From Macrostomum hystrix (lineage: Eukaryota; Animalia; Platyhelminthes): DNA of 64,000 nt. Shown piece by piece: positions 1-9,252 of this stretch. The notes under the pieces are model-generated. The model saw nothing but the letters and a program-made list of their open reading frames with translations, did no database searches and was not told where the DNA came from. The stretch's first letter is position 1, and every line of letters starts with the position of its first letter. The position numbers were made by a program, and so were the translations under genes. The stretch covers positions 930,001 through 994,000 of the forward strand of contig CATNEN010000035.1 of the NCBI GenBank assembly GCA_950097015.1, read 5' to 3'.

Positions 1-632
1 CATCGTTTTTTTGCTTGCAAATCTAGTTCCACCAGATTCCGATTGCCCTGCTAAAATCCGGCCAGATTCCGATGTCAATCCGATAACCCGTTTTTAGTGG
101 GGCGCTTCAGATCGAGTGACCGTCGCATCGCGTGCCTTAGGACAGGCGGCGTGGAAGACGACCGACCCGATGCTCGCAGCTGATCTGCGTTGATCGCCGG
201 GCTAGTTTCTGGCGTGGCAGCCGGTGGCTCGTCATTCGAAGGCTGCTCTACGTAGATGTGCAGCTTCGATAGCTGCTTTGCTTGTTTGCTGGAATTGTCG
301 CTTTGCTTGTAGCGATGCTCAACAGAAGCTCGCTGGTCGGTTCTCTTTGTAGGTGGAGCAGGAATTTTGCTCATTGCTATTAAAGAACAATAAACTAAAA
401 CACAAAGAAAAAATAAAACTAAAACTAAGTCTACTCTCACTACTGGTTAGTAGACTCTGGACGCGGGGTGGCAAACCGGTTAGACCGGCCTGCCAAACGG
501 TGTGGATAAAAAGAAACCTATAGGTCACAGGTGTTTTTGATTAAAGTACAATTTGTGAATACAGGCTGAGTTGGGCTGGGACACAGGTGCACGTGAGCAA
601 AGTACGCCTGAGATGTTATTCAATTATTAATA
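1..632 (-). mobile_element. 5' end (5' UTR plus ORF1 N-terminus) of a LINE-like element, copy A of the family at 5023-8051; runs off the window start
   Basis: Reverse complement of about 75-625 aligns with about 5053-5560. The peptide from ATG 374-372, MSKIPAPPTKRTDQRASVEHRYKQSD...SSSTPPVLRHAMRRSL, matches MS*LPAPQTKKCDQRPSIEHRYRQND...SSSTPPVLRHANRRSL of copy B. It begins directly after U2 nt 9-23 (633-647). Confidence 0.7.
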
Positions 633-647
633 AGCCAATAAGGCCGA
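633..647 (-). other. U2 snRNA nt 9-23 fragment (TCGGCCTTATTGGCT) at the 5' junction of LINE copy A
   Basis: 15/15 identity to nt 9-23 of the U2 gene at 1532-1715. Confidence 0.75.
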
Positions 648-1047
648 CGGGCCTCGGTGACCATCGACTGCTTTCGCCCGCTCGGCTTCGGTCTTTGGCC
701 TGCACCTGGCGGCGTGGATGTTGCGGGCGCGTCCTGTGGCGAATTCTGCGCCGCATCTATCGCATTTGTAGTCTCCGCCGAGGGGGCCTTCCTGCGCTAG
801 GCGGTTCTGCTGGCCAGGAGCAGCTGGGCAGGTGCTGATGTGTCTAGCCAGCCTGGCGAAGGTCGCTCTGCAGTGGGGACAACGATGCTGGCCGTCCATT
901 GCGCTAGCCGCCCGGTCGGCGCCAGTGATGTCTCCGGCTTGGAGGCGGCGCTCTCGACAGGCTTTGAGGTGGCGTGGTAATCCTTTGACGATGAGGAGCT
1001 TTCCACAGGCTGGGCAGGCGGTGCGCGTTGTTTGGCTGTTGGGTTGC
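648..1047 (-). pseudogene. Truncated ORF fragment with three tandem CxxC...HxxxC zinc fingers, resembling an R2/NeSL/Utopia-group N-terminus
   Basis: The frame is open from about 1047 to 627 and contains CPACGKLLIVKGLPRHLKAC, CPHCRATFARLARHISTC and CDRCGAEFATGRARNIHAARC. It is GC-rich like the Utopia fragments nearby. The family assignment is an inference. Confidence 0.55.
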
Positions 1048-1531
1048 TAGTCTCTCATACTATGTAAGATACACTCATACTCAGTTAAGTTCAGTACAGC
1101 TGTGAACTACCCTGCTAGTCTGTATGTATAAATATAATACAGATTCTGCAATATGTTTTTTGTCTTCGCATGTATTTTAGCATTGTTTATAATATTTAGT
1201 TTGCGTTTACCATATCATTTGAGTTTTTGTGATTAAATTAAGTTCTATTTTTATTATAATGATACATTTTTGTAAGTTTATTAATAGTTTTATTCATAAG
1301 TTGCGCAAGCAATTTTATTATTTTATATAATGTTCTACTTTTGTTCGCTGAATACTCGTATTTAATTTACTGCTCAGACAAGTAAACATATTTTACTAAT
1401 TAATGCGTAGGCTTGATTATAAGCGCACGGATTGCGTTTCGTGAGTGCGTGTAGCTTCTGAGTGAAATAAAGATAGGCGGTTGACAATAATTCTCTCACC
1501 TAGACTTATTTTTGCATTTCTTTTGATGCGC

Positions 1532-1715
1532 AGATCCTTGCTGTACTGCAGCGCAAGGCCTACGCGTGGACCAGGTCGTGTGAACACGATGCACTGGCCC
1601 GATTCCACAAAAACTGGATTAATAACGTAGTAGACCAATGGTCTACGTTTGAGGTATTAATCTCAAAAGAACAGAAACTACACTTTGATCTTAGCCAATA
1701 AGGCCGAGAAGCGAT
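1532..1715 (-). ncRNA. U2: U2 spliceosomal snRNA gene, full length (about 184 nt), variant
   Basis: Minus strand reads ATCGCTTCTCGGCCTTATTGGCTAAGATCAAAGTGTAGTTTCTGTTCTT, the conserved U2 5' end. Stem IIa is TTTGAG/CTCAAA, stem IIb is GTAGACC/GGTCTAC, the Sm-like site is AGTTTTTG, stem III is GGGCCAG/CTGGTCC, and stem IV is CCTTGC/GCAAGG with a CTGCAGTA loop. Confidence 0.93.
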
Positions 1716-2129
1716 AAAAATTGTGAAGCAGATTGATTATTTTACTAGACGTACCTAGCAACACTTTGCACTTCTACCCTACTTTTCGTGTTGCACAGCT
1801 ACAGATGCAGAAATTGGCATGAAAAGTGCTTATAATCTTGCTGATGCTACTGAAAAGTGTATTTTTGATAGTGAACAGCTTATTTAAAAGCTCTGAATTG
1901 AGATATCTAAGTTTGCATCTAAAAAATCGAAACTACACGTTATTCCTATGCGGGCAGAATTATTATGTGCAAATAGCGCTACTGTTAGTACTATAACAAA
2001 ATAATGACAACTCGAACACTTTAAATTCTTGCACGTAATAGAAATATGACGGTTTCGTTTATTTATGACTGGTTTAAAGAAAAAAATTATGCTGGTTATA
2101 CTAACTAACTTTTTGCGTTGCATGCGTGG

Positions 2130-2780
2130 CCTTGCGCACTTTCCTTGCGCGAGACTTGAATATTGCTTATCGTGTGTTAGAACGCATTTCTGAAGTAGTA
2201 TTCAAGGTACAGAAAGAGGAAGAAGGAGTCGTAGTAGGAAATTTGATGCTAGTACACCGCGATAATCTGACACCCGTGCCAAATTCAGTGAATGAGTTAG
2301 ATGAATTAGTTAAGGGAAGCCAGCCAGATGTCAATAACGTAAGAATGTAGAAGTATAAAATAAGGGAAGCGAACAGACCACCAAGAGAAAGACTAGGACA
2401 GAAGCAAGAATTAAGGGAAGCCAGTCCCGGAAGAAGAAGGAGCAACCATTAGTTGAGGAGTCATCATCTGAAGAGGAAAGAATAAGTTGGCATTGCAATG
2501 ATCGTCATGAGCAGAGTGTAATCCAAGGTGAGCAGCTCGATATTGGAGCAGAAGTAGAAATTGGAGCGAGTGAATCAGAGCCCAGCGAAAGCGAAAGCGA
2601 ATGCGAAGGAGAGAATGAGACCACAATCAATAGTGAGGAGGCATCCACCTCAGACGAAACCAGCGAAGAGGAGAACAATGAACAGAGGCCAGCTGAGCGC
2701 CCGTACAATACTAGAAGGCAAGTCAGACCCCCCGCCAGGTATCAAGGCTATTTACAGAGGCTTATCACTGTATTCAATCT
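2130..2780 (+). mobile_element. Degenerate Gypsy-type LTR retrotransposon integrase C-terminal remnant
   Basis: SEVVFKVQKEEEGVVVGNLMLVHRDNLTP resembles the integrase tail (VYKV...LHRN.L.P). It is followed by acidic low complexity and RPYNTRRQVRPPARYQGY, the typical R..R..PP.RY end. Broken by stops. Confidence 0.45.
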
Positions 2781-3739
2781 TTTGGGAACTATACAGATTT
2801 AAGAGAAGGGATGATTACGCAACAGGAATGAAAGCAAGCTCGCACGACGTCAAGGGATGACTATGGGAAATTCTCATAAGCCAATAGAAAACGAGAACCA
2901 AGGAATTGTAGGCAAGCCGAATACAAGAACTAAGGGTCTTCCAAAAGAGCCAGTAAGATTTCAAGAAGCCTCCAGCCAACCAATTGGGAGTCGACAGCCC
3001 CTAGTTTTGTCATCTATATAAACAAGAACAGCAGGTGGGCAAATGTCAACTGTCCGTTCGTCTTGAACCTCCCCTATTAATTGTGTGTATTACATTCCAA
3101 TTGCCGTCATGGCCGAGCAAGACATATTAGACCCCGACAAATTCGATAGATTGTTATAAGCAGTGACCATAGATCTATCCCCATTCAGCTCCAATGCTGA
3201 GAGTAACCCAGCAGAGCAAATTATAATAGTCTCTCAGGCAGAAGTCCCAGCAGAGAGTGAAATTGTGGAAATCATAGACGACCAAGAGAACGAAGCCCCA
3301 CTCCGGCAGCAAACGGCCCCCCGGCTAGCCAATGTAAGTAGCCGACTAGCTACTTACATCGGAGGACCGCACAAGAGGCCAGCATCGAGTTCGCGATTGC
3401 ACGTCCCGGTAGATCCCGGAAAACGCTGTAGGATCCTAGAGGACCAGGCGGAGATGGAGGTACCAACCTCTGAATCAGTGCTCAGCCGTCAACCGGTGGG
3501 CTCTAAACCCTCAATATCAATCGCCATCCCAGAGGCTTCAGTTCCGAAACACCGGTCAAATCGAACGTATTGTAGGCCTATAGCGCCAAAACCAGCACCA
3601 GCCCCGCAGCCGGCTGTTAAGGAAGGCAGACCGCGATATGCTCGCATTCAATCAAGACCGCCGCGGCAGCCCTCACAGCCGCAGCAATCACTGTCGCAAC
3701 CCTCGCAGACGAAGCTCGGCAACCCAAGGCGCAAACTGC

Positions 3740-4852
3740 AAGGGCATCAGAGAGCGGAGCTGGGCTACGACGAGCGCGCACGCCAAATCCTTCGCCGCAT
3801 TGTCTACCTTCCGACGCAGTCGTCGACAGACTACCTTTACGCCGACAGATGCCACGGCGGCCTTGGCTTGTCAACTGCGAAGGAGGAGGCAGCCGTCCAG
3901 AAGGTCACCGAGGCCGTCAGGCGACTCTGCTGCACTGACGCCGCGCTCAGAGAACTGGCCTGGGCCGAACTGCGCGGCCTCGTCCAACGCCGCCTACGGC
4001 TACGGGCTGCACCCGTCCGACCTCGCGACGTCGCCGACTTCCTAAATGGGGCACCACTTCCTCCCAGCGGGGAAACGGCCAGCTGGTGGTTCCAAGTCCG
4101 CCACGCCACCCGCGAAGTGCTCCACACGACCGGCTGCGCTTCACCATCAGCAACGACTGGATGGCCAGTCTGGAGTGGCGCGACCCGCTGTCAGGAACAA
4201 CTCAGCGTTGCGATGGAGCGGCAGCAACAACCCGAAGGCTTCACCAGGCGGTCAGGGCAGCGCACACAGCCGCCTGGCGGAGGTGCCACTCCGATTTGCC
4301 GATTTGCTACGACAGCCACGCACATCGGCAGCCACACCTGGCTGTTCAACAGCACCGGCATGCGCGCCTGTGACTGCGCGCTGCAGGCCTGCGCGAGCGT
4401 GACATCCGGCACCTCCAACGTCGACTGGCGCTTCACTGCATCCACTGGAGCCGCAACACGTGGGTGGAGCACTGCACCGGCGCGCCTCAAATCCACTGAT
4501 TTTGCGCCGAACTCCGCCAGACTCTGCAAATCTCAGCCCCCTCCGTTTTACTATTACCTCTTTTGTTTTTCCTCCAGTCTTCCTTTTTGATTATCTTCGC
4601 TTTTTTAGAAGTTCAGGCACTCTGTTAGCATTCTGTTTTAATAGCATTTAACTGTTTTAACTGCTTAACTGTTTTAATTGCATGCATCTCAATGCTTCAC
4701 TGTTTTACGCATCCTGCGAACCCGTTTTTAGCTACTCTCAGTAGCATCTTTGGGCTCCTGGCCAATTTTACCGCTTATGCCGCAATCGTGTTTTAATACT
4801 TCAATATATTGCCTGACCGTCAGATACTCGGCTGACGGGCAGGGACTTTCGC
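3740..4852 (+). mobile_element. Utopia-like (RLE, NeSL/R2 group) non-LTR retrotransposon 3' part, internally deleted, 3' end joined to U2 nt 41
   Basis: RT thumb region LPTQSSTDYLYADRCHGGLGL, then LHQAVRAAHTAAWRR. The C-terminus in a shifted frame is GLRERDIRHLQRRLALHCIHWSRNTWVEHCTGAPQIH* (stop about 4499). The 3' UTR ends in a stem-loop (4812-4843). The CCHC knuckle and PD..D nuclease motif are not seen. Confidence 0.8.
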
Positions 4853-4924
4853 TCTGTTCTTTTGAGATTCATACCTCAAACGTAGACCATTGGTCTATTA
4901 CGTTATTAATCCAGTTTTTGTGGA
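4853..4924 (+). pseudogene. U2: U2 snRNA nt 41-112 fragment (downstream half of a disrupted U2 target)
   Basis: 70/72 identity to the U2 gene at 1532-1715, starting exactly at TCTGTTCTT. Confidence 0.9.
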
Positions 4925-5000
4925 CACCCTAATTGATCTTAGCCAATAAGGCCAAGAAACGACACCCTAATTGATCTCAACCAATGAGACTAAAAAACGG
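4925..5000 (-). repeat. Two tandem 38-nt units derived from U2 nt 1-31
   Basis: Minus strand unit GTCGTTTCTTGGCCTTATTGGCTAAGATCAATTAGGGT; the second unit is more degenerate. Confidence 0.75.
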
Positions 5001-5022
5001 CACCTTTTCGGCCTGATTGGCT

Positions 5023-8000
5023 TCTCTGCACAGACCTCTGCCAGTTTTTTATCTGAATAGCGATCTCTCACGCGCACTTTGCTCACGTACATCTGAGCCC
5101 TAGCCCAACTCAACTCCTGCGTTCTCTAATAGCTATTTTATTCTCACACACCTGTGGCTTTTAGTTTAACTCCATACCCTTGTCCGGACTGTCTAACCGG
5201 TCTGCCACCCCGCGTGCAGAGACTACAAATCAGTAGTGAGCATAGATTTAGTTAGAGGTTTTATTTACATTTTTCTTTGTGATTTTGTTTATAGTTGTTT
5301 ATTAGCAATGAGCTAGCTACCTGCTCCTCAGACAAAGAAATGTGACCAACGCCCATCGATCGAGCACCGATATCGCCAAAATGACATCCAGGTAAACAAC
5401 TGCCTGTGAAACTCCAGGTGCAGACTGAACAACCTACTACGGAGGTCTTAACGACACCTGACTCAAGCCCTGCTCTGGCCTCTGGTCCATTCAGGCAGTC
5501 ATCTAGATCATCATCCACTCCTCCAGTTCTCCGACACGCCAACCGCAGATCATTGGAGCCAATTAAAGTAGACACTCCTGACGGTCTGGGAACTACCGAA
5601 AGACTGCTGCGTCCCGCTAGCAGCCAGATAGACGGTCCCTACAGCTGCCGGATCACCAAGCTGCCGAATCCGAAACGGATATGGAGGCGGATGCTAAAGC
5701 TATTGCTAGTTCAGCATATCCATAACTCACCTGTGACGTCACTGACGCGAAATTTAGCAACCACGAAGGTGACTGCCTAGTGAACTATTATCCTAAACTC
5801 CTAGCTGATCAAGCAGACCTACTGTACCAGCGACTAGTCCGTGATGTCCTGCCGCTCGCCTTTAGACATCGCCCACAAGAACAGCGGCTTGTCTACTGGA
5901 TTGGGCCACAATATACATACTCCAAAGTCCCACTTGTACAAAATGACCTTTGGCCTGAAGTGGTCAAGGACATCGCCAACAGTCTGAACAACGAAGCGAG
6001 GTTGAATCTACCGGATTTTAAAAGTTGCCTATTAAACTTATAGCAGTCTGCTGATGACAACATACCAATTATCATGCTGACAATGAGCCGGAGCTGGGCG
6101 AGGATCCGGTCATAACCACCATTTCACTTGGCGCACTCAGAAGCTTTATGATGAAGACCAAATCAGACCGTGTTCTATGGGGCTTCCCAGCACTGCCTGG
6201 ATCACTCATCGTCATGGCTGGTGCCTGCCAGCGTAAACTACTCCACTCGGTACCTGCAGTCACCGATCAGGAAGGTTTAAGAATCTCGCTGACCTTCAGG
6301 CGTACTGAAGCTATCACTAGGCCTCCAAAAGGACCGGCCATAAACAGCATGAGCCCAATCATCCAGCCAGCGACGACATCTGAGCGACCAGGCAGTGGTG
6401 GGGCGGACTCCGGCCCTGCCGCACCTGGCAGCTCTGGCAAGTCCAATCAACCAGCTCAGCAGCAACAGCGCCAAGTTCCGACGACCAAGCCCAAGACCTA
6501 TGCCAGCACTGCAGCCAGGCCGAGGAAGCCACCGGCTGCCGTCTGCCCAGCTGTTTTCGAGATGGACGGGCAAGGTGCACAAAACCACATTGGCTTCCTA
6601 CAATGGCTCTCCGCAAATTTTTCTGGCGCTGCCAGGGCCGTGAACACGAAGCCTCAGTCAGCCTAATATGGCTTCCTTAGTCTTTCCAGCCTCAGAGAGA
6701 GACCACAATGTCTTTCTCGATGGGCCTCTTCGCGAGCCGAACTTCCATGGCCTGCCAGTCAACCGTTGACAAGCCAGATCAAGGCAGCTAGATGCCAGGC
6801 GTGGTGTCGATGTGCCCATAATTGCCAGCAGGACTGCCACCGTCGTCGTCAAAGACGGTGACCTGGAAGTCAGACCTGCCGAGTTCTTGGACCTACTCAA
6901 AGCCGCATCGGCCTGAAGGTGTCAGTTGCCCAGAGAATTGTGTCCAAAACAACTGGCCAGCCTACAAGATTAATGCGCATTTTCGGCGATGACATCCAGA
7001 TTGCCACCAGCTGAAGCGAGATTAGCGCGCGTGCCAATGATTGCCGACCGAATTCGAGACCTCAACATCAGCTGGCTGGCCAAAGCTCGTGCTGCTCATC
7101 TGCACGACTTTGAGCTTGAACCGCCAATCCCAAGGGGGAACAAAAGACTTCCAATGCCGGTTTTAAATATCCTTTGGACCGTCCTAAAGCGAAGAGAAGC
7201 AAATAGGCAAGCCAATCCCTAGCGAATGGCAATGGGCATTGCTAATTTTTAATAAATCAATCTAATGATTATTGAACTCTTAACGTGATGCGGAATTGGA
7301 CTGGCAGGGTCTTGCAATGCTGAGCCAATACTGTCCCGTGCCCATAAACTAGCCAGAACCCTAAAAAATTTGTACTTTACCTTTCCAGTTCCGACCCATT
7401 GTTAGGTAAACTGCCAGACACCCACCACCCCGCCTATTTTCTATAGCCTACTCTTGCCAAAAAATGTGACCCCCCAGCGGCTCTAAGCCTATTCATTTTC
7501 TTTGTAAATCACTTAGAGAACCTCCTCCCCTGCCCTCTAAAGTGACAATTAGAACTGTACTTCAGACCCAATTATGATTCAGCAAAATAATAAATCAACA
7601 AGCCCAAGCCGATACACCAACCCTAATCTAGTTCAAACTTGAAATCTTTTCAAATTAAAACTAGAAAACTCTTCTCACCCCAATATCACCTACTTGCAGT
7701 AAGCTGGTAAGAAGCTTGCCAAATTTATAAATATTATAAATAAAAAATATTATAGCTTGATAAATGCATTTCTTTTTATTCTCAATGCCTACCAACACAT
7801 CCACATTGCATGCTTTTAGATTCTCCCTGTTTTATTTGATCCCTCTTTGTGACGGATCCCCTTCTTGATTTTATATTCCCATGCAATGCCAATATTTATT
7901 TTATTTTTAGATTCTCTAAATATTTTGTTACAATAAAATTCGCGAACTTAGCAAATAATGAATATTTTTAAATGCCGAAATAGACAAAGCAGCTGCGGTA

Positions 8001-8051
8001 GAGCACCTCACGCGGGGCAACTTTGCCCTATCGTGCAATCATCAATCATCA
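5023..8051 (+). mobile_element. Internally deleted LINE (Jockey/I-group-like) with an AlkB-containing ORF1, flanked by U2 nt 9-23 on both sides (copy B)
   Basis: ORF1 starts at ATG 5308 and is homologous to copy A. It contains AlkB at 5726-6303, a KTYASTAARP linker and Pre_C2HC-like TVVVKDGDLEVRPAEFLDLLK..GLKVSVAQRIVSKTTGQPTRLMRIF. An ORF2-end-like RLARVPMIADRIRDLNISWLAKAR runs to stop 7222. The 3' UTR ends in an (ATC)n-like tail. Flanks are TCGGCCTGATTGGCT (5008-5022) and TCGGCCTTAGTGGCTAAGATCA (8052-8073). Confidence 0.65.
5726..6303 (+). pseudogene. AlkB-family 2OG-Fe(II) dioxygenase domain (ALKBH2/ALKBH3-like), inactivated by a stop and a frameshift
   Basis: CLVNYYPKLLADQADLLYQRL...YTYS...FKSCLLNL*QSADDNIP[+2 nt]YHADNEPELGEDP...SLG...GSLIVMAG..Q..LLHSVP...RISLTFR, with HxD...H and RxxxxxR motifs. 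TAG at 6041-6043. Confidence 0.9.
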
Positions 8052-8189
8052 TCGGCCTTAGTGGCTAAGATCATGTGGTGCCTTTGCACACAAATACGAG
8101 AGTCTAAATCGTTGGTTGGTTGTTTGTAATTAGAACTAGTGAAAATGAGTATCACGCAGGTATCACGAGGCAGCTGGCCGAATCCATGC

Positions 8190-8460
8190 CCAACGCCCTA
8201 GCAACGATCTGTGTTGGCGCCCTCGGTGCCTGGTCGCCGCATAACAACACCATCCTGCGCGCCACCGGCCCACGCGAGAGCACCATCCGCGAGCTTCAAT
8301 GCCATCTGGCGCTCCATTGCATCCATTGCAGCCGCAACACCTGGGTGGAGCACTGCTCTGGCTCGCCTCAGGTTTTCTAACTGGTGCGACTTCAGCCAGT
8401 CTGGCCCGTTCTGCATTGAACTTCGGCCGCGACTGTGCTATTCAATGCCTACGCAATATA
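8190..8460 (+). mobile_element. Second, diverged Utopia-like C-terminal fragment plus partial 3' UTR
   Basis: ICVGALGAWSPHNNTILRATGPRESTIRELQCHLALHCIHCSRNTWVEHCSGSPQVF*, homologous to the C-terminus at 4380-4499. Confidence 0.8.
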
Positions 8461-8463
8461 GCC

Positions 8464-8517
8464 GATCTTAGCCAATAAGGCCGAGAAACGACACCCTAAT
8501 GCATCTCAGCCAATAAT
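8464..8517 (-). repeat. U2-5'-derived tandem block, homologous to 4933-4995
   Basis: GATCTTAGCCAATAAGGCCGAGAAACGACACCCTAATGCATCTCAGCCAATAA. Confidence 0.75.
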
Positions 8518-8521
8518 GCTG

Positions 8522-8966
8522 ATGACCTTTGGCCTGAAGTGGTCAAGGACATCGCCAACAGTCTGAACAACGAAGCCGAGGTTGAATCTACCGGATTTCA
8601 ACAGTTGCCTATTAAACCTTTACCAGTCTGCTGACGACAATATACCTTATCATGCTGACAATGAGCCGGAGCTAGGCGAGGATCCGGTCATAACCACCAT
8701 CTCACTTGGCGCACTCAGAAGCTTTATGATGAAGACCAAATCAGACCGTGTTCTATGGGGCTTCCCAGCACTGCCTGGATCACTCATCGTCATGGCTGGT
8801 GCCTGCCAGCGTAAACTACTCCACTCGGTACCTGCAGTCACCGATCAGGAAGGTTTAAGAATCTCGCTGACCTTCAGGCGTACTGAAGTCATCACAAGGC
8901 CTCCAAAAGGACCGGCCATAGACAGCATGAGCCCAGTCGTCCAGCCAGCGGCGACATCTGAGCGAC
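8522..8966 (+). pseudogene. Duplicated AlkB catalytic core (near-identical to 5943-6388), open frame, N-terminus missing
   Basis: FNSCLLNLYQSADDNIPYHADNEPELGEDP...LLHSVPAV...RISLTFRR. It lacks the stop and frameshift of the first copy. Confidence 0.88.
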
Positions 8967-9170
8967 GTCAGCTCGGCACCGGCAATCTGTCAGACGACGT
9001 CGGCATGACCAGGATGAAAATTGTAGCTCGGACCATCGTCTGGTGGCCAGGGATGGATGTCGACATCGAGAACGTCGCCAGCAGCTGCTAGGCCTGCCAG
9101 TCCGTGAAGCTGCAGCCGGTGCTGGCCCCACTGCGCCCATGGGTCTGGCCGGACCAACCCTGCGACCGCC
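8967..9170 (+). mobile_element. Gypsy integrase zinc-binding region fragment (left part)
   Basis: GMTRMKIVARTIVWWPGMDVDIENVASSC*ACQSVKLQPVLAPLRPWVWPDQPCDR. Confidence 0.85.
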
Positions 9171-9184
9171 CGCCTGACCGCCTT

Positions 9185-9252
9185 ACCCGTCAAACGGAGC
9201 TCACTTAACGCGGGGACGGGTGTCACAGACGCGGTCTGTGCCAAATGCTACG
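9185..9252 (+). ncRNA. Predicted HDV-like self-cleaving ribozyme (L1Tc/Ingi type) at the element 5' end
   Basis: P1 ACCCGTC/GACGGGT (9185-91/9215-21), P2 CGGAGC/GCTACG (5 of 6 pairs), P3 TCA/CGG (one mismatch) around loop CTTAACG, P4 CACAGAC/GTCTGTG, J4/2 CCAAAT. Folded by eye. Confidence 0.55.

Noticed and set aside
2780-3094. Possible LTR (CCAAT, TATATAAA, ends in TACA)
   Set aside because: There is no second copy, no clear TG start or polypurine tract, and no primer-binding site in the window.
3163-4590. 475-aa ORF as an intact gene
   Set aside because: It is chimeric: an unrelated low-complexity 5' part joined to Utopia RT-thumb sequence, and the true C-terminal motifs lie in other frames.
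6982-6993. FGDD as an RT catalytic YADD-like motif
   Set aside because: It directly follows the ORF1-like TGQPTRLMRI segment and no flanking RT motifs are present.
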